DNA of 64,000 nucleotides from a virus: IMG/VR virus record IMGVR_UViG_2929327430_000008, positions 3,805 to 67,804 of that record; one strand, 5' to 3'. Shown piece by piece: positions 48,189 to 55,557 of this stretch (position 1 is its first letter; each line of letters starts with the position of its first letter). The notes under the pieces were generated by a model. It saw only the letters and a program-made list of their open reading frames with translations, ran no database searches and was not told where the DNA came from. The position numbers and the translations under genes were made by a program.

Positions 48189-48356
48189 GAACATGTCGGC
48201 GACGTCGCGCGGCCAGATGAAGGCGCGATTGAGCCAGGTGCAAATCGCCCGGCTGATCTGACTGATCATGCTGGACAACAGGATGTCGTCGGCGCTGGAC
48301 TGCACGCCGAGATGGGCCTTGAGCGCGCCCAGTGTGACGAGATCGCCTCGCGCCAT
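48176..48356 (-). pseudogene. 5' part of the head-tail connector gene
   Basis: ATG at 48356: MARGDLVTLGALKAHLG...DDILLSSMI...ICTWLNR...MFDGNG, a gp6/gp15-like connector N-terminus, then element sequence. Confidence 0.88.
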
Positions 48357-48358
48357 GG

Positions 48359-48556
48359 TCAATCCGCTTTCCGTTTGTTCTTGGGTTTGGCGGGCGACGC
48401 AGGCGCGTCCGCGCGCCGCGGCGCGGGAACGCAACCGTGGGCGAGGAGGTCGCTGGCGAAAACTTCATCCGCTTCAAAAAAGCCCTGGGCGTCGGGAACG
48501 ATGTTCTCGCCCGCGCAGGAGAGCGCGGCGACCCCGGGAGGAGCCTGAAATTTCAT
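48359..48556 (-). CDS. Small head-associated protein
   Basis: 65 aa between capsid and connector; ends in a basic tail. Confidence 0.65.
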   Translation of the reverse strand: MKFQAPPGVAALSCAGENIVPDAQGFFEADEVFASDLLAHGCVPAPRRADAPASPAKPKNKRKAD

Positions 48557-48632
48557 TGGGGGAGATCCTATGAACGGCGGCGGGGGCGAAGGGCGCCGCC
48601 CCGGCGAACCGGGACGGCGGCGGCGCGGATGA

Positions 48633-50141
48633 TCAGCCGTTGCCGATGTTGGTGATCACCGACATGGACGGCGGGAAATAATGCTGCAACACTTCGTCGG
48701 CATAGACGCCATACTCGTAGCGGCGCGAGCGCAGCGGCCATTCGATCTGGTAATAGTCCTGGCGGGTGCGCATCTGGATCACGTTGCCGACATTCGCCAG
48801 CGGATAGGGCAGCTGGCGCGTGAGGAACAGCATGGTGCCCGCGGGCATGTTGGGGTGGATTTTGATGTCCAGCGACTTGGCGCCGGCCATCGAATATTTG
48901 TTCTTGTAGGTGGTCGCCATCACACCGCCGGCGAAGGCGTCGTTGCGCGCGTCGAACAGGAAGCGCTGCGCGGCATTGGAGCCGGCCGACAGCACCTTCT
49001 TCGAGATGTTCATCGCCTCCTGCGAGGAGACCCAGACTTCATCCGGCGACAGACGATAATTGTCCCAGTTGGTCTTGAGCACATTCTCGATTTCGACAAT
49101 GCCGCCGGCGCCGTCGGCGGTCAGCGGCGCGCCGGTTCCGGCGGTTCCGTTGGGCATGGTGACGACCAGCGAACCGGAGCCAGGGGCGAAGGCCTGGGTG
49201 AGCAGGCCGTCGAAGGCCAGGGCATTGACCGACCAGTCGGCGGAAGGCAATGAGGCGGCCGTCTGGGTTCCCGTCGCGGCGGCCGTGATGACCACCGAAT
49301 TGATGGTGGTGACGGCGCCCAGCGCCTCGGAGTTCTGCGCGCCCCAGAACCAGGCGTAGCCGGCGGCGCCGGGCTTGACGGCGACGGAGGCGCTGACCGA
49401 ACCGGTGGAGCCGGAGACGCTGACGGTGGCGTTGGCGGATTTCTGCGCCGCGCCGCCGCCGAACGTGTCGGAGGTGCCGTCGGCGTTGGTGCGGGTGATT
49501 GCGGCCTGGATGCCGGCGCTCACCGAGGCGTTGATCAGTCCTTCGTGAGTCAGCGCGACGCAGATCACCGACAGGGTTCCCGAGGCGAGGGAGCCGCCGC
49601 TGGTCGAGGCGGCCAAGGTGGGCGCGCCCGTGGTTCCCAGGGCGAGCGAGCCGTTGCCGCCGAGGATCATCGCCTCTTCGCCGATCATCAACGCTTCGAG
49701 ACCGGTCTGGGCCGCGAGGGCGCGCAGATCGTCAAAGCCCTGGCCGGAATATTGCGCCTCGAAATCCACGCTGGTTTCGATGCCCAGACCCTTGTAGTTG
49801 GCGACATAATCCTTGGTGGTCATGGCCGCGACGCCGCCGCGGTTGCCGCCGGAGACGCCGATGCGCAAGCCGGCCGAATTGATGGCCGTGATGGCGCGCC
49901 AGGCGGCCTGGACGCCGCCCTTGCCGGAAACGCGCGGGATCGAATTGCGCAGCGGCGTCAGCACCGGGAACAGCAGCTTGGCGCCGGCTTCCAGATCGTA
50001 ATAGGTGAGGCCGGAGGTGGCCGAAGCGCCTTCCGCGAAGGTGGATTTCTCCAGGCTGGCGAAGCGCGGGTCGGTCAGCGGGGTCATCTGCGACTTGCGG
50101 ATGGCGTCCTTCAGTTCCAGCGCGTTCTGAATTGCAGTCAT
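48633..50141 (-). CDS. Major capsid protein
   Basis: ATG at 50141. GLTYYDLE..AKLLFPVLTPLRNSIPRV...IHPNMPAGT...YYQIEWP...YEYGVY...ITNIGNG; an Ig-like insertion in the middle. Confidence 0.88.
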   Translation of the reverse strand: MTAIQNALELKDAIRKSQMTPLTDPRFASLEKSTFAEGASATSGLTYYDLEAGAKLLFPVLTPLRNSIPRVSGKGGVQAAWRAITAINSAGLRIGVSGGNRGGVAAMTTKDYVANYKGLGIETSVDFEAQYSGQGFDDLRALAAQTGLEALMIGEEAMILGGNGSLALGTTGAPTLAASTSGGSLASGTLSVICVALTHEGLINASVSAGIQAAITRTNADGTSDTFGGGAAQKSANATVSVSGSTGSVSASVAVKPGAAGYAWFWGAQNSEALGAVTTINSVVITAAATGTQTAASLPSADWSVNALAFDGLLTQAFAPGSGSLVVTMPNGTAGTGAPLTADGAGGIVEIENVLKTNWDNYRLSPDEVWVSSQEAMNISKKVLSAGSNAAQRFLFDARNDAFAGGVMATTYKNKYSMAGAKSLDIKIHPNMPAGTMLFLTRQLPYPLANVGNVIQMRTRQDYYQIEWPLRSRRYEYGVYADEVLQHYFPPSMSVITNIGNG

Positions 50142-50174
50142 GGCTTGCTTTCTCTGTTGCAAAGGGGTTGACGA

Positions 50175-51161
50175 TCAGCCGAAGCGCTTCGGCTGGGACT
50201 GGGCGGCCTTGATGAGCACGAGCGAGGCCTTTTCCGGCGACAGCCGCGCCAGCTCGGCGGCGAGGGCGTCGACGCCGCTTTCCGCCGATTTGGACACGGC
50301 GGCGGCGCCTGGCGGCATGGGCGGCGGGACGGGGGTGCGCTCCAGCGCCTCGATGCGCTCGGTCATCCGCGCCAACTCGGGCCGCAATTCCGCCGTCAGC
50401 TTGCGCAGCGCGTCGGTTTCCGTGGCGAGCTTCTCGACACGGGGATCGGCGGCGATTTTTTGCGCGCGGGGCTGGAGGACGGCGAGGACTTCGGTCTTCA
50501 GGCGCGACAGCAGGCTTGAGAGACCCGCCTCGTGGATCGGATCGGCGTTGAGATCGTGTTCGAGCGCGTCGAAGAAATCGCCGATCAGGTCGGCGGCGGG
50601 CGCGCCGTTGGCGATATTGCCCTGCAGCCAGTCGCGCACGGCCGACGGGGGTTTGTGCGCGAAGGCGCGGGTTTCGCTGACGCCGTCGGCCTTGACCAGC
50701 TCGAAACTGGCTTCGGGCAAGCAGGGCAGATCGACCAGCGAGATTTCGCTGGGTCTCGCCGTGTAGCGGACGAGATCGGGGTTTTCGGGGTCGGGCCAGC
50801 GTTTCAGATAGGCGCCGCCCTGGGAGAAGCCGGTGTAGACCCCCTCCTCCACCTTGCGCCATTCGTCGTCGTCGATGATCTTCGCCGCGATCTCGATGCG
50901 CTTTTCCGCATCGTTGAAGCGAATCGAGGCGATCTTGCCGGCGGCCACCGCGCCGTGCATGGCGCGGACATTGCCGAGGCTCTTGCCGCCGGTGGCCTTG
51001 GCGAAATTTTTCGACCAGGCCTGATACTGCGGCTTGGTGCTGGCGTAATCGCAGATTTCGCCGGCGCGGTCGGGCGATTCCGCCGTCGCATAGCCGTAGA
51101 CCAGACGCTGGGCGGCGTCGGCCTTGCGCAAGGGGATGAACATTTGCAATCGATCCGTCAC
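50175..51161 (-). CDS. Prohead protease/scaffold (XkdF-like)
   Basis: KADAAQRLVYG, NVRAMHG, YTGFSQGG, EISLVDLP; coiled-coil C-terminus. Confidence 0.88.
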   Translation of the reverse strand: MTDRLQMFIPLRKADAAQRLVYGYATAESPDRAGEICDYASTKPQYQAWSKNFAKATGGKSLGNVRAMHGAVAAGKIASIRFNDAEKRIEIAAKIIDDDEWRKVEEGVYTGFSQGGAYLKRWPDPENPDLVRYTARPSEISLVDLPCLPEASFELVKADGVSETRAFAHKPPSAVRDWLQGNIANGAPAADLIGDFFDALEHDLNADPIHEAGLSSLLSRLKTEVLAVLQPRAQKIAADPRVEKLATETDALRKLTAELRPELARMTERIEALERTPVPPPMPPGAAAVSKSAESGVDALAAELARLSPEKASLVLIKAAQSQPKRFG

Positions 51162-51259
51162 GCGAACGCGCTCCTTTGCTTCGCCGCCCTTTGACGGGGG
51201 CGGCCAATTTTCCTATTGGGTGGGGTCGCCGTGTTTCAGGCGGCTTTGGGAAGACGAAG

Positions 51260-52318
51260 ATGCAGTTCTGGAGCGAGAAGGCTCAGGGGTTGAGCCCGTA
51301 CACCCCCGGCGAACAGCCGCGCATCGAGGGGCTGGTGAAGCTCAACACCAATGAATCGCCGCTGTCGCCCTCGCCGCGCGCGATCGAGGCCATGCGCGAA
51401 GCGGCGGCGGAAACGCTGCGGCTTTATCCCGATCCCGAGTCGCTGGCGCTGCGGACTGTGCTCGCGCGCTATCACGGCGTCGCGCCGTCAAATATTTTCG
51501 TCGGCAACAGTTCCGACGAGGTTCTGGCGCATGTGTTTGTGGCGCTGCTGAAGCAGGACCGGCCCCTGCTCGCGCCCGACGTGACGTACTCGTTCTATCC
51601 GGTGTGGGCGAAGCTTTATGACATCGCCTATGAGACGGCGGCGCTCGACGAGGGAATGCGGATTCGCGTCGAGGATTTCTGCCGCAATTCCGCCGGCGCC
51701 ATCGTGTTCGCCAATCCCAATGCGCCCACCGGCGTCGCTCTGCCGCGCGACGAGGTGGCGCGGATGGTTTCAGCCAATCCGTCGATCCCCGTGGTGGTGG
51801 ACGAGGCTTATGTCGATTTCGGCGGCGAGACCGCGATTCCGCTGATCGAAAAATTTCCCAATCTGCTGGTGGTCAGGACGTTTTCAAAATCGCGGGCCTT
51901 GGCCGGGTTGCGGGTCGGCTATGCGGTCGGCGACGCCGGGCTGATCGAGGCGCTGTCGCGGGTGAAGAATTGCTTCAATTCCTATCCGGTCGGGCGCATC
52001 GCCCAGGCCGGGGCCATCGCGTCGGTCGAGGATGAAGACTATTTTCAAGCCGGCTTGGCGACGATTGTCGCGGAGCGCGGGCGTATGACCGACGCACTTG
52101 TGGGGTTGGGGTTCGAGGTGTTGCCGTCGAGCGCCAATTTCGTGTTCGCGCGGCATGGGGCTGTTGGCGGCGCGGCGCTGGCGCAGGCTTTGCGCGAGCG
52201 GGCGGTGCTGGTGCGGCATTTCAATGCGCCGCGCATCGCCGATTATCTGCGCATCACCGTCGGGACGGCGGAGCAGACGGATCGGTTGATCGGGGCGTTG
52301 AAACAAGCACTGGGATGA
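51260..52318 (+). CDS. hisC: Histidinol-phosphate aminotransferase
   Basis: PYTPGEQP, KLNTNESP, YPDP, NPNAPTG, VDEAY, RTFSKSRALAGLRVGY, LRITVG. Confidence 0.95.
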   Translation: MQFWSEKAQGLSPYTPGEQPRIEGLVKLNTNESPLSPSPRAIEAMREAAAETLRLYPDPESLALRTVLARYHGVAPSNIFVGNSSDEVLAHVFVALLKQDRPLLAPDVTYSFYPVWAKLYDIAYETAALDEGMRIRVEDFCRNSAGAIVFANPNAPTGVALPRDEVARMVSANPSIPVVVDEAYVDFGGETAIPLIEKFPNLLVVRTFSKSRALAGLRVGYAVGDAGLIEALSRVKNCFNSYPVGRIAQAGAIASVEDEDYFQAGLATIVAERGRMTDALVGLGFEVLPSSANFVFARHGAVGGAALAQALRERAVLVRHFNAPRIADYLRITVGTAEQTDRLIGALKQALG

Positions 52319-52355
52319 TTTTGCCTTGAGCCATGGGATGGCGACGATCAGGCGA

Positions 52356-53072
52356 TCAGGGCGACATTCGAAGCTTCTGACGCTCGCGCCATGATTGCAA
52401 ATGATCGGCAATTGCTGCGTCGGGCGATCCAGACGTCGCCAATGGGTGGACGCTTCCGTCAAAGTCCACGGCGAGGAGCACGGAACGCGGATTTTCATCC
52501 ACCAACTCGTCCGTTTTCCAGTTTTTCTTGAAGGCGTCAAAAAACACCCATCCGAATGGATATTCGCGCGCTTTGCCGGGGACTAAAATAAATTCCGTAC
52601 CAAGCTCGCTCTGCGAGAGATGAATTAACGCCCAGGTTCGAGCCTCGTCGAGGGTGATTTTTTTCAGCGGCAAAAGCTTCTGAGCGTCATCTCTCCACTC
52701 GACAAAACGCCCATCGCGGAAAGTCGTCGCAAAATACCTTCCGCCGGGCTTTCCATAATCCCAGAAATAGGTTTCTCCCCGTTTTCCGCTCGGCTGACCC
52801 AGCCAGAATACGACGGTCGAAATTGCGTCGCCGGGACTCACACGTTCGCGCCAATGGCTCGCCCCTGCCCAATAGCCGCAGTCGTCGAACCAGTAGCATG
52901 CGCGCGTCACGCACCGGGACTCAGCGGACGCAAACTTTCCGCCCATGAATTCGCAAGGAAATTGAGCAACCCCGAGAATGCGACCATAGCGCAATTCCTC
53001 GAAAGCGAGCAACGAGACGGCGACGCTTCCCACCGCCAAAAACACGCGCCTATGTTCACTGAAAAAACGCAT
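52356..53072 (-). CDS. Membrane-anchored protein with C-terminal YrhB/Imm35-like immunity domain
   Basis: N-terminal hydrophobic helix; C-terminal ITLDEAR...EYPFGWVFF...LAVDFDGSVH paralogous to 53209-53589. Confidence 0.7.
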   Translation of the reverse strand: MRFFSEHRRVFLAVGSVAVSLLAFEELRYGRILGVAQFPCEFMGGKFASAESRCVTRACYWFDDCGYWAGASHWRERVSPGDAISTVVFWLGQPSGKRGETYFWDYGKPGGRYFATTFRDGRFVEWRDDAQKLLPLKKITLDEARTWALIHLSQSELGTEFILVPGKAREYPFGWVFFDAFKKNWKTDELVDENPRSVLLAVDFDGSVHPLATSGSPDAAIADHLQSWRERQKLRMSP

Positions 53073-53208
53073 GGGTTCACAGATGCTGAAGTGTCGCCGT
53101 TATAAGCGTTTTCAATTTGGCGACGGCTTCGGGAAATGAGCTGCTCGCTTTCGCAGCGTTATTGGGATCCATTCTCGGATAAAGCTCTCGCGCTTCATCC
53201 TCTGAAAA

Positions 53209-53589
53209 TCATCGCGATTTTTCGTGACGTTCGCGCCACCTTTGAGAATACGCTTCAATCACCGCATCCGGCGATCCTGAAGTCGATAGGGAATGAACGC
53301 TACCGTCAAATTCAACGGCTAGCGGGCCCAATCCTGGAATCTGGTAACGAAAATCTCCTGTCTCAACGTATTTCCGAGAGGCGCCGAAGAAAATCCACCC
53401 GAATGGATATTCGCGCTCTTTTCCCGGAATCAAGAGAATATCTGCGTTCTCACCCGCTCTCGTAAGATATTCCAGCGCCAGCAGACGCGCCTGATTTATC
53501 GTGATTTTTTCCATCGCGAAACTCCGACTGTGGCATGCGAGAAAAAAAAGGCATGCGATGGATACAAATGCGTGTTTTTTGCGCATCAT
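53209..53589 (-). CDS. YrhB/Imm35-like immunity protein
   Basis: ITINQARLLA...EYPFGWIFF.ASRKYVETGD....PGLGPL.V; starts on the toxin stop (ATGA). Confidence 0.78.
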   Translation of the reverse strand: MMRKKHAFVSIACLFFLACHSRSFAMEKITINQARLLALEYLTRAGENADILLIPGKEREYPFGWIFFGASRKYVETGDFRYQIPGLGPLAVEFDGSVHSLSTSGSPDAVIEAYSQRWRERHEKSR

Positions 53590-54221
53590 TTCCGGTCACT
53601 TTTGGGAAGCAAGCCAATGCCAATTACGCTCTTACCATCGGAATTGTATCGAGCATTGGCTGCTTTGGCGCTATAAATGACGCCAGCCTTCTGTCCGTTT
53701 CCCCAATCTTGAGCTTCAACAATACCGACTTTGCCACTGTCATTGCCGATGACGACGACGTGGGGGCCGGCGCCATCGGGGTATCGGATGCCTACGATAG
53801 CCAGCGCACCGTCACCAGCCTGCTTAACCTGACTGTATGCATCATCGATCTTTTGGTCCCATGTTATCTTCGGGTTGAACCGACTTTCAATTTCGTCCCA
53901 AGCGCCATCTCGTCCTGACTGGGCGACCGCGCTGCGATCTTTCCCTCTTGGCCGCGCGGCCACTGCATCAATTACGAACCCGCAATTTTGCTGATCGTTT
54001 TTGGGGTTCACATGGGTTGCCGCGTTTTCTAGATGTGCTCCGGGTCTATTTGTCGAATTATCCGATTGTGGAGAGCGATTTGGTGCGCTCTTGCCCTTTC
54101 CTGGCTTCGCATTGGGCGTTTCTCCGAAGTTTCCACCATTCGACCATCTGCCGTGATCATCCCGAGGTTGATCGTCGCTATATTTGTCGAGCGCGCCGGC
54201 GAAAACCTCTTGCGTGAAAAA
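53586..54221 (-). CDS. Papain-fold (Tox-PL-like) toxin tip of an orphan portal cassette
   Basis: Frame open from the A9T5 run: FFTQEVFAGALDKYSDDQPRDDHGRWS...VNPKNDQQNCG...GPHVVVIGN...IVEAQ, with Cys and His positioned as in papain-fold toxins. Confidence 0.72.
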   Translation of the reverse strand, partial: FFTQEVFAGALDKYSDDQPRDDHGRWSNGGNFGETPNAKPGKGKSAPNRSPQSDNSTNRPGAHLENAATHVNPKNDQQNCGFVIDAVAARPRGKDRSAVAQSGRDGAWDEIESRFNPKITWDQKIDDAYSQVKQAGDGALAIVGIRYPDGAGPHVVVIGNDSGKVGIVEAQDWGNGQKAGVIYSAKAANARYNSDGKSVIGIGLLPKSDRK

Positions 54222-54262
54222 TTTTTTTTTCGTCGTTCGCAGACCAATTCTGCTGCAATTTG

Positions 54263-54632
54263 GCGACTCCCTGCCCCGTCGTGATCGCCGGCACGTCGGC
54301 CATGGGATCGTCCGGCAAAATTTCGCCCATGATCTGAGCGGCGCGGCGACGGGTCATCATCCCGGAATTGACCAGGGCCACAAGATTTTCGCGCTGGACG
54401 GTCGGGTCGATCGTGGCGTCGTGGCGCCAGGCGAATTCGAGGTTCGGGGCGCCGAGCTGGATCAGAATGGCGTCGCAGAGGCGCTTGATCCAGGCGAGGA
54501 TGGGTTGCAGGCCCTCCTCTCGTTGGACATCTGGCTTTGCGTCTCGCTGGTCGAGCGGTTCATCTGGTTGATGAACGGCTGCGGCGACACCGAGAAGGCG
54601 AAGCAGACGACGCGGGCGATCCATTCGTCGAA
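54263..54632 (-). repeat. Silent duplicate of the portal gene 3' end (about 370 bp)
   Basis: Near-identical to about 55618-55983 (FDEWIARVVCFAF...GQGVA). Has no start codon, a 2-nt insertion near 54518 and synonymous differences. Confidence 0.92.
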
Positions 54633-54658
54633 AAAAATTCCGCGGGTTTATCGTTCGT

Positions 54659-54880
54659 TCAAAGCTCAAGGAGTTCGCGCGCGGCGGGCGAATCAAGCAA
54701 AATATTGTCTCCCAGTTCGAAAGCAAGCTTGTCGATCACCGCCCCGCTTCTTTCCGACGATACGTCGGGAACGTTCATTGTTGTAAACATCTCACGTCGA
54801 CCATTCGGAAATATTCGTTCAATTGTGATACGACGCAACTTTCTGTCAATGGAGACAAAATGGGCGTAGTCTTCAGTCAT
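54659..54880 (-). CDS. Putative immunity protein
   Basis: 73 aa; ATG immediately follows the stop of the Cys-rich tip at 54881. Confidence 0.6.
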   Translation of the reverse strand: MTEDYAHFVSIDRKLRRITIERIFPNGRREMFTTMNVPDVSSERSGAVIDKLAFELGDNILLDSPAARELLEL

Positions 54881-55036
54881 CTAATGATTCCAAATATTCA
54901 GTGGTGGAAGTGGCTTTCCTGACAGACAGGCGGAATATCTTTCAGAGGCGGAAGCATGACAGGCGGCTGCGGCTTCCGCGCCCCGACGACGCGAAATCGC
55001 TCGGCACGTTGCCGTATCGATCCGATCCAATGCCAT
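54881..55036 (-). pseudogene. Orphan Cys-rich toxin-tip fragment
   Basis: MALDRIDTATCRAISRRRGAEAAAACHASASERYSACLSGKPLPPLNIWNH*; resembles Cys-rich polymorphic toxin C-termini (by eye). Confidence 0.55.
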
Positions 55037-55055
55037 CCTGGACAATTGCGAACGA

Positions 55056-55253
55056 TCACTCGGAAACCGGCAAATTTTTCAAATATGGAATCAAATTCAA
55101 ATCGATTTCGCTTACAATATAAACAAACAACTCGCCAAGTTTTTTCTTCACTTCTTTGTCACCACACTGCTCAGTTAAATACATAGGATATTCAAGATTT
55201 TTAATGATAAGCTCCAACGAGGATATCATCTGATTTGCTTCTTGTTCCGTCAT
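55056..55253 (-). CDS. Putative immunity protein for the portal extension
   Basis: GAGGAGG then ATG at 55253 (MTEQEANQMI); low GC; directly after the extension stop. Confidence 0.6.
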   Translation of the reverse strand: MTEQEANQMISSLELIIKNLEYPMYLTEQCGDKEVKKKLGELFVYIVSEIDLNLIPYLKNLPVSE

Positions 55254-55263
55254 GTTTTCCTCC

Positions 55264-55557
55264 TCAAAAGTCAAAACATCCATGCCGCTCGGCGCAGCTT
55301 CGAATGCAGGCTCGCATCTTGTCGGGACCTCGGAAAAGCCCGTCAACATAATCGTCCAAACATGATGCCCGGCAAATCGGAATCGCGACAATGCATGAAT
55401 CGGTGTGAGCGTCATATTTTGTAGGATCCGACGCGGGTGATTTGACGCTGCTCTCATCGGCGGTCGCAAACCGGCCTCGCTCGTCGTGGCGCTGGTTGTG
55501 TTTATTCAATCCGACACTGACGACTTCGCCTACCCCTCGCTGCAATTCTGCGCGCTT
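55264..55557 (-). CDS. In-frame portal extension beyond the amber stop (HDERGRF motif plus six-Cys tip)
   Basis: ...GTC CTC GTA TAG AAG CGC GCA GAA TTG CAG... gives KRAELQRGVGEVVSVGLNKHNQRHDERGRFATA...CIVAIPICRASC...CIRSCAERHGCFDF*. Confidence 0.65.
   Translation of the reverse strand, partial: KRAELQRGVGEVVSVGLNKHNQRHDERGRFATADESSVKSPASDPTKYDAHTDSCIVAIPICRASCLDDYVDGLFRGPDKMRACIRSCAERHGCFDF

Noticed and set aside
48060-48434. Complete 124-aa gene
   Set aside because: It is the connector 5' half running into element sequence after the att core.
54178-54726. A second functional portal gene
   Set aside because: Only the last ~120 codons are present, there is no proper start, and a 2-nt insertion breaks the frame; treated as a silent cassette.
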